Both the position numbers and the translations under genes were made by a program. A stretch of 64,000 nt of DNA, from assembly GCA_032718475.1 (NCBI GenBank), contig JAUCBJ010007849.1, positions 9,724 through 73,723 of the forward strand. The letters are read 5' to 3'. Below are positions 51,312 through 62,451 of the stretch, piece after piece. The DNA comes from Nemertoderma westbladi. Lineage: Eukaryota > Animalia > Xenacoelomorpha. The stretch's first letter is position 1. Each line of letters starts with the position of its first letter. The notes under the pieces were generated by a model. The model was not told where the DNA came from, searched no databases, and worked only from the letters and a program-made list of their open reading frames with translations.

Positions 51312-54300
51312 AATATTATCTATACAATTACTTTCACTTTCCACAGGTTGCTCCTATAACCTCAATATTATCTATACAATTACTTTCACTTTCCACGAAT
51401 TGCTCCTATAGACTCAATATTCTCTATACAATTACTTTCACTTTCCACGAATTGCTCCTATAGACTCAATATTCTCTATACAATTACTTTCACTTTCCAC
51501 AGGTTGCTCCTATAGACTCAATATTCTCTAAACAATTACTTTCAATTTCCACAGGTTGCTCCTATAGACTCAATATTCTCTATACAATTACTTTCACTTT
51601 CCACGAATTGCTCCTATAGACTCAATATTCTCTATACAATTACTTTCACTTTCCACAGGTTGCTCCTATAGACTCAATATTCTCTAAACAATTACTTTCA
51701 ATTTCCACAGGTTGCTCCTATAGACTCAATATTCTCTATACAATTACTTTCACTTTCCACGAATTGCTCCTATAGACTCAATATTCTCTATACAATTACT
51801 TTCACTTTCCACAGGTTGCTCCTATAGACTCAATATTCTCTAAACAATTACTTTCAATTTCCACAGGTTGCTCCTATAGACTCAATATTCTCTATACAAT
51901 TACTTTCACTTTCCACGAATTGCTCCTATAGACTCAATATTCTCTATACAATTACTTTCACTTTCCACAGGTTGCTCCTATAGTCTCAATATTCTCTATA
52001 CAATTACTTTCACTTTCCACAGGTTGCTTTTATAGTCTCAATATTCTCTATACAATTACTTTCACTTTCCACAGGTTGCTCCTATAACCTCAATATTATC
52101 TATACAATTACTTTCACTTTCCACGAATTGCTCCTATAGACTCAATATTATCTATACAATTACTTTCACTTTCCACGAATTGCTCCTATAGACTCAATAT
52201 TCTCTATACAATTACTTTCACTTTCCACAGGTTGCTCCTATAGTCTCAATATTCTCTATAAAATTACTTTCACTTTCCACAGGTTGCTCCTATAGTCTCA
52301 ATATTCTCTATAAAATTACTTTCACTTTTCACAGGTTGCTTTTATAGTCTCAATATTCTCTATACAATTACTTTCACTTTCCACAGGTTGCTCCTATAAC
52401 CTCAATATTATCTATACAATTACTTTCACTTTCCACAGGTTGCTCCTATAACCTCAATATTATCTATACAATTACTTTCACTTTCCACGAATTGCTCCTA
52501 TAGACTCAATATTCTCTATACAATTACTTTCACTTTCCACAGGTTGCTCCTATAGACTCAATATTCTCTAAACAATTACTTTCAATTTCCACAGGTTGCT
52601 CCTATAGACTCAATATTCTCTATACAATTACTTTCACTTTCCACGAATTGCTCCTATAGACTCAATATTCTCTATACAATTACTTTCACTTTCCACAGGT
52701 TGCTCCTATAGACTCAATATTCTCTAAACAGTTACTTTCAATTTCCACAGGTTGCTCCTATAGACTCAATATTCTCTATACAATTACTTTCACTTTCCAC
52801 GAATTGCTCCTATAGACTCAATATTCTCTATACAATTACTTTCACTTTCCACGAATTGCTCCTATAGACTCAATATTCTCTATACAATTACTTTCACTTT
52901 CCACAGGTTGCTCCTATAGACTCAATATTCTCTAAACAATTACTTTCAATTTCCACAGGTTGCTCCTATAGACTCAATATTCTCTATACAATTACTTTCA
53001 CTTTCCACGAATTGCTCCTATAGACTCAATATTCTCTATACAATTACTTTCACTTTCCACAGGTTGCTCCTATAGTCTCAATATTCTCTATAAAATTACT
53101 TTCACTTTCCACAGGTTGCTTTTATAGTCTCAATATTCTCTATACAATTACTTTCACTTTCCACAAGTGGCTCCTATAGTCTCAATATTCTCTATACAAT
53201 TACTTTCACTTTCCACAGGTTGCTCCTATAACCTCAATATTATCTATACAATTACTTTCACTTTCCACGAATTGCTCCTATAGACTCAATATTCTCTATA
53301 CAATTACTTTCACTTTCCACAGGTTGCTCCTATAGTCTCAATATTCTCTATAAAATTACTTTCACTTTCCACAGGTTGCTCCTATAGTCTCAATATTCTC
53401 TATAAAATTACTTTCACTTTTCACAGGTTGCTTTTATAGTCTCAATATTCTCTATACAATTACTTTCACTTTCCACAGGTTGCTCCTATAACCTCAATAT
53501 TATCTATACAATTACTTTCACTTTCCACAGGTTGCTCCTATAACCTCAATATTATCTATACAATTACTTTCACTTTCCACGAATTGCTCCTATAGACTCA
53601 ATATTCTCTATACAATTACTTTCACTTTCCACAGGTTGCTCCTATAGTCTCAATATTCTCTATAAAATTACTTTCACTTTTCACAGGTTGCTTTTATAGT
53701 CTCAATATTCTCTATACAATTACTTTCACTTTCCACAGGTTGCTCCTATAGTCTCAATATTATCTATACAATTACTGGTACTTTCACTTTCCACAGGTTG
53801 CTCCTATAACCTCAATATTATCTATACAATTACTTTCACTTTCCACAGGTTGCTCCTATAACCTCAATATTATCTATACAATTACTTTCACTTTCCACGA
53901 ATTGCTCCTATAGACTCAATATTCTCTATACAATTACTTTCACTTTCCACAGGTTGCTCCTATAGTCTCAATATTCTCTATAAAATTACTTTCACTTTCC
54001 ACAGGTTGCTTTTATAGTCTCAATATTCTCTATACAATTACTTTCACTTTCCACAAGTGGCTCCTATAGTCTCAATATTCTCTATACAATTACTTTCACT
54101 TTCCACAAGTGGCTCCTATAGTCTCAATATTCTCTATACAATTACTCTCACTTTCCACAAGTGGCTCCTATAGTCTCAATATTCTCTATACAATTACTTT
54201 CACTTTCCACAAGTGGCTCCTATAGTCTCAATATTCTCTATACAATTACTTTCACTTTCCACAAGTGGCTCCTATAGTCTCAATATTCTCTATACAATTA

Positions 54301-55797
54301 CTTTCACTTTCCACAAGTGGCTCCTATAGACTCAATATTCTCTAAACAATTACTTTCACTTTCCACAGGTTGCTCTTATAGTCTCAATATTCTCTATACA
54401 ATTACTTTCACTTTCCACAAGTGGCTCCTATAGTCTCAATATTATCTATACAATTACTTTCACTTTCCACAAGTGGCTCCTATAGTCTCAATATTCTCTA
54501 TACAATTACTTTCACTTTCCACAAGTGGCTCCTATAGTCTCAATATTCTCTATACAATTACTTTCACTTTCCACAAGTGGCTCCTATAGTCTCAATATTC
54601 TCTATACAATTACTTTCACTTTCCACAAGTGGCTCCTATAGTCTCAATATTCTCTATACAATTACTTTCACTTTCCACAAGTGGCTCCTATAGACTCAAT
54701 ATTATCTAAACAATTACTTTCACTTTCCACAGGTTGCTCTTATAGTCTCAATATTCTCTATACAATTACTTTCACTTTCCACAGGTTGCTCTTATAGTCT
54801 CAATATTCTCTATACAATTACTTTCACTTTCCACAGGTTGCTCCTATAGTCTCAATATTATCTATACAATTACTTTCACTTTCCACAAGTGGCTCCTATA
54901 GTCTCAATATTCTCTATACAATTACTTTCACTTTCCACAAGTGGCTCCTATAGTCTCAATATTCTCTATACAATTACTTTCACTTTCCACAAGTGGCTCC
55001 TATAGTCTCAATATTCTCTATACAATTACTTTCACTTTCCACAGGTTGCTCCTATAGTCTCAATATTATCTATACAATTACTTTCACTTTCCACAAGTGG
55101 CTCCTATAGTCTCAATATTCTCTATACAATTACTTTCACTTTCCACAAGTGGCTCCTATAGTCTCAATATTCGCTATACAATTACTTTAACTTTCCACAA
55201 GTGGCTCCTATAGTCTCAATATTCTCTATACAATTACTTTCACTTTCCACAAGTGGCTCCTATAGTCTCAATATTCTCTATACAATTACTTTCACTTTCC
55301 ACAGGTTGCTCCTATAGTCTCAATATTATCTATACAATTACTTTCACTTTCCACAAGTGGCTCCTATAGTCTCAATATTCTCTATACAATTACTTTCACT
55401 TTCCACAAGTGGCTCCTATAGTCTCAATATTCTCTATACAATTACTTTCACTTTCCACAAGTGGCTCCTATAGTCTCAATATTCTCTATACAATTACTTT
55501 CACTTTCCACAAGTGGCTCCTATAGTCTCAATATTATCTATACAATTACTTTCACTTTCCACGAATTGCTCCTATAGACTCAATATTCTCTATACAATTA
55601 CTTTCACTTTCCACAGGTTGCTCTTATAGTCTCAATATTCTCTATACAATTACTTTCACTTTCCACAAGTGGCTCCTATAGTCTCAATATTCTCTATACA
55701 ATTACTTTCACTTTCCACAAGTGGCTCCTATAGACTCAATATTCTCTATACAATTACTTTCACTTTCCACAGGTTGCTCCTATAGTCTCAATATTCT
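51312..55797 (+). repeat. 52-bp splice-junction satellite, right block (about 86 units), overlapping the first 8 codons of exon 3
   Basis: Same unit; the last copy supplies the functional acceptor AG at 55771-55772. Confidence 0.98.
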
Positions 55798-57182
55798 TCC
55801 TGCTCAGCTATTGCGCTACCAATCTCGCTTGCATGGCGTTGGATGTGGCCTCCGCTCCGAACTTCCGCCCAACTTTCCGCTATTTCAGCTGGTACACCTC
55901 GTTACTCGGTGTCCTCTCCACGCTCGTTATGATGTTCCTTATCTCCCCGGCCTACGCTGCCGTCAGCATCGTCGTCTGTCTCCTCATGATCATCGCTATC
56001 CACTACCGGGAACCTCCTATCAGCTGGGGTTCCATCAGCCAGGCTCTAATCTTCCACCAAGTTAGAAAATACCTCCTTCTTCTCGACACAAGGAAAGACC
56101 ACATTAAATTCTGGCGTCCGCAGATTTTACTACTCGTAGCTAACGCTCGCAGTGCCTGTCATTTAATAAGTTTTGCTAATGATATCAAAAAAAGTGGGTT
56201 GTTAGTCATTGGCAATGTTGTTGTTGGAGATTTGGATGACTTTGTAATTGATCCAGTTCATAAACTCTGTAACACTTGGTTGTCGCTTGTGGATATCCTT
56301 AAAGTAAAAGCCTTTGTGGAAGTTACTTTATCGAAGTCGATTAGACACGGGGCCCATCAGTTAATGCGACTATCTGGCATCGGGGGAATGAAACCGAACA
56401 CCGTGGTCTTGGGTTTCCACGACGACTGTCTACCGACAGACACTTTGTCCGGGACACTGGACAGCAATCGGACGCGGTCAAGCAACTGGTTCCACACCGC
56501 CCCGGACAACTCGAACAAAGACACCGAGATGTCCGGCTTTCCGAACCTCCGGACCGAGTTTTCTGACCCGGAACACCGAATCCGACTTCCGGATTACGTT
56601 CTAATCGTCCGAGACGCGATCAAAATGAACAAGAACGTCATATTAGCGAGAGGTTTCCAGCAATCTAGACCGCTACATCGCTTCAACCACAGTTACATTG
56701 ATGTCTGGCTTGTTAACTTCTTTATCTCGATGTCGGAAGTTATTCTCGATACAACCAGTTTACTTAGTCTACAATTGGCTTGCATCTTAAAAATGACTCC
56801 GAAATGGAAGAAGCGATCTAGCCTCCGGGTATATTTCGCGGCGCATTCTTCCAACTACGCCTCCTTGGAGGCGAACCTTCGGGAACTCCTCATCCAACTC
56901 CGTATCCCCGGCGCCATTATCCGCGTCGACATCGACGAACTCCAGGCGTCCTACGATCAGGACTCACTCCTATTCAACGCGGATTACGCTAGACGCGCGA
57001 ACCAAGTGATCCGACAACATTCCGTGAACACTGAGGTTTCTGTTGTTTATCTTCCGCGGCCTCCCGACGACCCCATTAATGACGAGCCCTACATCAATCA
57101 ACTCGATTTATTGACTCGCAATCTCCATGTCTCTACTATCCTAGTCCATGGAGTCAGCGCTGTAACCTCAATACACTTGTAA
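55773..57182 (+). CDS. SLC12A9: SLC12A9 terminal coding exon 3
   Basis: Begins in the last satellite unit: ttccacag|GTT GCT CCT = VAPIVSIFFLLSYCATNLACMALDVASAPNFRPTF, then WGSISQALIFHQVRKYLLLLD, KFWRPQILLLV, GGMKPNT. Spliced CDS 1063+239+1410 = 2712 nt (903 aa). Confidence 0.92.
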   Translation, partial: VAPIVSIFFLLSYCATNLACMALDVASAPNFRPTFRYFSWYTSLLGVLSTLVMMFLISPAYAAVSIVVCLLMIIAIHYREPPISWGSISQALIFHQVRKYLLLLDTRKDHIKFWRPQILLLVANARSACHLISFANDIKKSGLLVIGNVVVGDLDDFVIDPVHKLCNTWLSLVDILKVKAFVEVTLSKSIRHGAHQLMRLSGIGGMKPNTVVLGFHDDCLPTDTLSGTLDSNRTRSSNWFHTAPDNSNKDTEMSGFPNLRTEFSDPEHRIRLPDYVLIVRDAIKMNKNVILARGFQQSRPLHRFNHSYIDVWLVNFFISMSEVILDTTSLLSLQLACILKMTPKWKKRSSLRVYFAAHSSNYASLEANLRELLIQLRIPGAIIRVDIDELQASYDQDSLLFNADYARRANQVIRQHSVNTEVSVVYLPRPPDDPINDEPYINQLDLLTRNLHVSTILVHGVSAVTSIHL

Positions 57183-57622
57183 GGATTTAATACTAATTGT
57201 GGTTGAGTTTGATCATTGTCTTAGAAATGTGAAATTCAGCAAAATTTGCTTACACACCATTGTGTGAAAAGGGCAGTAAGGGCTATTATGAGCCGCATAT
57301 GCCAAGTGCTATTAATTTTTCACATAGTTTTGTAAATTTGTTGAGTACTTATAGTCAGTCAATCATAATTTTTTAAATATTTATTATAATTATTGGTCAA
57401 TTCTTAATTTGTTGATATATAATATATTATTTTTATGGAGTAATTGCTGCATATATTATGTATATATTTATTCACATATTAAAGTATTAGAACGAATAGA
57501 TATATATATATAACGAATAGAACGATGGTTTATGTTCTGCTTGCTTGATATTCTGTTTAGCGTACAAATTGTACTTAGAGCGGCTTTATTTACTATTGCA
57601 AAATTAAGTATTTTTATTTTGG

Positions 57623-57628
57623 AATAAA
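57623..57628 (+). terminator. Candidate SLC12A9 polyadenylation signal
   Basis: AATAAA about 440 nt after the stop codon; the context is AT-rich, so support is weak. Confidence 0.35.
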
Positions 57629-57735
57629 TATACCTTATATTTCTAAATATTTACTATTTATTACACTGAAAAATGGACTATTAGAGCTATTATTCCCGCG
57701 CTTTTAGTGATCTAGGACGATCTAAGTAGAACAAA

Positions 57736-57930
57736 TAGGGGGAGGAGGGGGGGGGGGGGGGGGGTATAAACGCAATCAATATTAAACCCTCAACAGACGT
57801 AAATCGACGCAAATAATAGCTGATTACCAGAAAAAATTTAAACTGTAACGTGTGCTGTTGAATTTGGGCCGATATGCCACTGTAACCTGCTCCTTTCCCC
57901 TCATTCGCAGAAACGAGATATTAATTCGCC
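57736..57930. mobile_element. Decayed copy of the short MITE-like family also at 61594-61824 (opposite orientation)
   Basis: Shares tcgacgcaaataa, aaactgtaac, cactgtaacctgctcctttcccc and gatattaattcgcc with the reverse complement of 61594-61824. Confidence 0.65.
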
Positions 57931-58059
57931 GAGTTTGGATTTCTGTCGATTTAGTACAAACCACAAGCTGTTGTCATGAGGGAAAGTTGCAGAGAAGTGC
58001 CTCTTCTTATTCGCAATGCAATATTTTGCAAGCATTCGTGCTACAAATATCGTCATGTG

Positions 58060-58460
58060 TGTAGTTTAAAAGGGAACCTCAAGGTTCGATTATTTATGGC
58101 AGTAGTAATACCAATATGCTGGGCTCTAACTGATGAGGACACCAAATCTCTGGATGGCACATTCACAAAAATGCTGCGCCGGGTTCATTGTGTCAAGTAC
58201 AATGAACACATCTCCAATCAGACTCTATACAACATTGGAGGTGTTACATTAGTCTCCCCTAGCTTGACACTTGAATGGAACCACCTCCGCTTTACAAGAC
58301 ATTGCTTTCGCCGTCTAGTGCATTGGCGACCTCATTGAATGAATAAGCATTATGGGCAGCCCATGACTTTCTTGAGACTCATTTTAAAGGACGCTGGCCT
58401 TGAAGATGCGGATGATCTAGCAAATGTCATGGGTGATATAGGGAGTTGTGGCGGCGCAAT
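58060..58460 (+). mobile_element. Decayed RTE-like LINE ORF2 3' fragment
   Basis: LKVRLFMAVVIPI..WALT....SLDGTFTKMLRRV....HISNQTLY resembles the RTE post-RT region. Confidence 0.6.
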
Positions 58461-58889
58461 TTTGTCAACAACCCGACACAGCATTCTTAATATATGTAAT
58501 ATATATAATGCTGATGCAATGCAGCATGCCGATAATAATAGTATGTGTGTAGTCTGTCACGTCTGAAATATAATTTTGCATTGGTGACTCAGCATTTCTC
58601 AGCAGAGCGACTGACTAGGCAACGGTTTAAATAATGTTTCCGTATGATAGCTTGCGAAGGCCGATATAAGATACTTGGACCTCCGATAAGGTCTCGCGAA
58701 CGTCAACTAAAGAATTGCCCTTAACAAACTATTGCCACTATTATCTGATTGGTTATAAAGATTAAATTACAACCAATCATAAATTAGTGCAAATTAGTTG
58801 TTTTAATAGTTTATTCAGAAAATGCACTAAAAAGCACTTATATATGCTATCATAGGACAGGACTGGCAAAACAGCCGTGTTTGTTAGTT

Positions 58890-58990
58890 ACAGTAGTTGT
58901 TGGTTTTGGTTAGAAAAGCTGTCTCTGTAACCTGCTCCTTTCCCTCAATTGGTAACAACATTGTTTATTGTTTCGGTTAGAAAAAGCCAT
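58890..58990. repeat. Partial copy of the same MITE-like family
   Basis: ttttggttagaaaa..ctgtaacctgctcctttccc and gtttattgtttcggttag match the family core. Confidence 0.5.
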
Positions 58991-59659
58991 CTCTATCCAA
59001 ACTTGGTACACATGTAGTCTGGGAAAAGTTTAGAAATTTTCCAGGTTGAATTTGCGTGTGGCCTTCGAGAAGCTAAGATAATTTCAGGTATAATTATTTA
59101 ATTAAGTTGATTACGTTAAAAAAACAGCATGTTCAACATGCCTTTTAATGGGTATTAATTATTTTCTAGTATAAGATTTAAATAATTACTTCAAAATTAT
59201 ACAGCTGTAATCCCCATTCCATTATAGTTCTTAATTAGTTCAAGTGATTTGCTTTATTAAATGTGTCTTTAATTTATCTAAACGTAATTAAAACGGCACA
59301 ATTATTGAATAATAAAGTTTTGTTTATTGCTTCGAAGCAACATATGATAATCCAGGCATAGATACCGTGCACGGAAAGTCATCTCTAATCAGGCTATTAT
59401 ATTTTTAACATCATTGCTGAACATCATTTCCTGTTTACAGCCAATAAGGAAACTTCTCATTCTTAGTTATTCATCGTATACCCCAGTTCAATGCACTGTT
59501 ATAATAGGATATCAGCACTGACAAGGGGTTGTTGCACCACTACTGCATTGTACCGGTATGCTTTGACTTGCCTTAGTTTGGCATATAATAACAGTATAAT
59601 GCGATTTGATTGTTGATAACAATATTGTTACAGTACCAGTACATCGTGGCTCAAATATA

Positions 59660-61123
59660 ATGGATTTCATCAGTATATTGATTTTTATTAGTTTTGTTAC
59701 TATCATATATTTCGTTTTGAATCGCTCCAATGTTGTTGTTAGACCTCCATCCCCACCGGGTTTACCCATCATAGGAGGGTTCCTCAATGCTTGGAAAGTC
59801 CGAGGCGGCAGAACTATCGCTTGGACGAAGTGGTGTAAAGAACTCAACTCGGATATCATTAGTTTACCTGTCCCTGGCTATTCTATAATTGTCTTGAATT
59901 CATTTAATTTGATTCGACAAGCTTTTGTTGAAAATAGTTCCCAATTTTCTCATCGTCCAGGTCGATTAAACCCTAATGGCCTTATATCATCCAGCGGAAA
60001 AGTATGGATGCATCAACGGAAGTTGTTCATGTCTGTGTTGCGACAATTCTACCTCGGTAAACGAAGCTTCGAAGACCGCATTGTGGAAGAGGCCGATTTG
60101 ATGAATGATTGGATCGCTAAACTAGATGGCAGTGAGTTCGATTCGTTTAATATCCTCGGGAAAGCTGTTTCTAATGTTATCAGCAGCGTTGTCTTTAACG
60201 ACAGATTTGATTACGACGATAAAGAATTTCATTACCTTTTACAATTAGTAAATCAACATTTTCGGATCAATCCATTTCTATTCACAATACCCAAGTTTCT
60301 TTCAAATATATTACTTTCTGATAATGTTAATCAGTATAGGAATATAGAAAACATGTATATAGTGTTCCGAAAGTTCGTAAAAGATCATCGTCAGACGATC
60401 GACTTCGAATCTCCCAGAGATTTCATTGACTGTCACATTATAGAAGAGAAGAAATGGATTGATTTGCGCCAACAAGATACGGCTTGTTTCTACACAGACA
60501 TCAACCTGGAACAGTCAATAACAGATATTTTCCTTGCTGGAGCAGAAACAACCACTAGCTCCATGTACTGGTTTGGCCTCGTAATGGTTTCACATCCAGA
60601 TATTCAAGCGAAATGTCAGCGAACATTAGATGAAGTTGTTGGTAGAGACAGACTTCCAACCATCGATGATTTCTCCAAGATGCCCTATTTTGAGGCTTGT
60701 TTGTTAGAAGTTCTCAGATTTGGAGCAATTGCTCCAACAACGCTTGCCCACAGAGTTCCTCAAGAAATCAAGTTAAACAATTACACAATCTATCCCAGCG
60801 ATATAATTATGGCCAACTTATGGAATGTCCTAAGAGACCCGAAAGTATGGGAGAAACCCAATGAATTCTTCCCCCAACATTTCCTATCGGAAGACGGTTC
60901 GACTATAAGAAAACCAGCTGAATTCATTCCGTTTGGAGTTGGACCTCGGCTCTGCGCTGGTGAACGCCTCGCCCAAATGGAGTTTAGAATTTTCAGCAGC
61001 CATTTACTCCATAGATTTACTCTGGTTGCCAGCGGCCAACTTCCCAGCTTGCACGAACAAGTACCCGGGTTAACACTTCTACCTAAACCGTATAAAATCC
61101 GAGCTCTACCGAGACTAGATTAA
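59660..61123 (+). CDS. Cytochrome P450, CYP2 clan, intronless CDS (487 aa)
   Basis: N-terminal TM anchor, PPSPPGLPIIG hinge, WxxxR, I-helix AGAETT, K-helix EVLR, PQHF meander, heme motif FGVGPRLCAG; ATG at 59660. Confidence 0.95.
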   Translation: MDFISILIFISFVTIIYFVLNRSNVVVRPPSPPGLPIIGGFLNAWKVRGGRTIAWTKWCKELNSDIISLPVPGYSIIVLNSFNLIRQAFVENSSQFSHRPGRLNPNGLISSSGKVWMHQRKLFMSVLRQFYLGKRSFEDRIVEEADLMNDWIAKLDGSEFDSFNILGKAVSNVISSVVFNDRFDYDDKEFHYLLQLVNQHFRINPFLFTIPKFLSNILLSDNVNQYRNIENMYIVFRKFVKDHRQTIDFESPRDFIDCHIIEEKKWIDLRQQDTACFYTDINLEQSITDIFLAGAETTTSSMYWFGLVMVSHPDIQAKCQRTLDEVVGRDRLPTIDDFSKMPYFEACLLEVLRFGAIAPTTLAHRVPQEIKLNNYTIYPSDIIMANLWNVLRDPKVWEKPNEFFPQHFLSEDGSTIRKPAEFIPFGVGPRLCAGERLAQMEFRIFSSHLLHRFTLVASGQLPSLHEQVPGLTLLPKPYKIRALPRLD

Positions 61124-61593
61124 TTACTTCAATATATTGGCCTACTAAATACTGTAGTACAGTACAGTAGCTTGTAATTTTTGGATTTCACCACACACGG
61201 TTGGACAGTTTGGACTCCCTTTAATTGGTTGTGTTATTTGATTTTATCTTACAGGTAGATAGATATTTAAATGAAAAAAAATAGTTGATTAATTTGTTTT
61301 TTCAATTATAATTATAATAATTTAAATACAAACATGAAGTACAAAATATATGCATTAATTATTAAGAACATCGGTTATGGTGGGTTTGTGTGGTGGTTTC
61401 GTGGTTTCAAGTCTAAAAGTGAAACATCAACGTCAATGAAAAAATAATGAGTTGAGAGTGGCTTAGCGAAATAAACAAGGTGAAATTGTTACTAAAGTCC
61501 CAAACTCTTCTTATAAGCACTACGCAGTACAGTCCTCTGGGTAAAAAGATAACAAAAATCCCAGACTCAAAAAAATTGACAATTCTAGAGACA

Positions 61594-61824
61594 GGGGGGG
61601 GGGGGACTGGACGCAAATCGCGCATTGGCGAATTAATATCCCGCCTCAATATTAATTTCTCAATTTGGGGAAAGGAGCAGGTTACAGTGTCACGTTATTT
61701 TAACCAAAACAATAAACTAAGCACAATAGAACAGGTTACAGTTTTATTTTTGAGAATCACCTGTTATTTGCGTCGAATTTCCCCTGGAGCGGGATGAATT
61801 TTTATTGCGTCCAGTTTCCCCCCC
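61594..61824. mobile_element. ~230-bp MITE-like element
   Basis: Terminal inverted repeats GGGGG-ACTGGACGCAA ... TTGCGTCCAGT-TT-CCCCCC. Confidence 0.7.
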
Positions 61825-62342
61825 TATCTGCCATTTTAACACTAACCGATTACAATTTTATCTACACGTTGAGTCTGCGCCCAGAGAAACGTATCTAAAA
61901 CTGTGAGACATTTATCTAGGCCTATGGGTAGGTAATAAATTTTAAGTACCGCCCAAGAAAAAACGATTTAAAACTGTTGGAACAAATATATAATTTGGGA
62001 TAATGAATATCTCGTCTCGGCGAGTCACACGTTTAATCTTCTGATTTACTTTTAATTTTCAGGATTGTTAATGAATTTATTTAATTACTGTTTTTAACTA
62101 TTGATGTTTTTACACCGGGCAATATTGATCGGCAATTATTATTAAATAAGACAGACATAAACAAACAAAGTAAGATCTCAGATAGGGGAGGCTTAGAATC
62201 AGTTTCTTTTCAGCTATGCCATAGGGCATAGGGGTCTAAACGTTTACACGTTTAAACGTTTGTCGGGTGTAACCGTTACGCCGAAAGCATACAAACCGTG
62301 TGATGATTACGGATTAGTAACTAATAATTAGTATATTTGTTT

Positions 62343-62427
62343 TTAAGGTAGATTGTAAGAGAATATTGCTAGGTCGAGATTGAACAGCTGTCGTTGTTGC
62401 ATTTGTGATTTTGATATTATGTTTAAA
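62343..62427 (-). other. Possible short terminal exon of a minus-strand gene lying beyond the window
   Basis: Minus-strand acceptor ccacccccctctcttcccag| followed by a short open frame LNIISKSQMQQRQLFNLDLAIFSYNLP*; no homology confirmed. Confidence 0.25.
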
Positions 62428-62451
62428 CTGGGAAGAGAGGGGGGTGGAATT

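Noticed and set aside
19849-55772. Dscam-like mutually exclusive exon cluster or coding repeat
   Set aside because: No convincing donor follows the 24 exon-derived nt, the unit length is not a multiple of 3, and read-through hits TAG in the third unit.
19814-55797. CRISPR-like array
   Set aside because: Head-to-tail monomers with no unique spacers, no cas genes, and a eukaryotic spliced-gene context.
55721-56065. 114-aa ORF from the track
   Set aside because: Out-of-frame shadow of exon 3 starting at a GTG in the penultimate repeat unit.
15695-57182. Two separate SLC12 genes (357-aa and 449-aa ORFs)
   Set aside because: They are the N- and C-terminal parts of one protein, joined in phase through the exon at 18179-18417.
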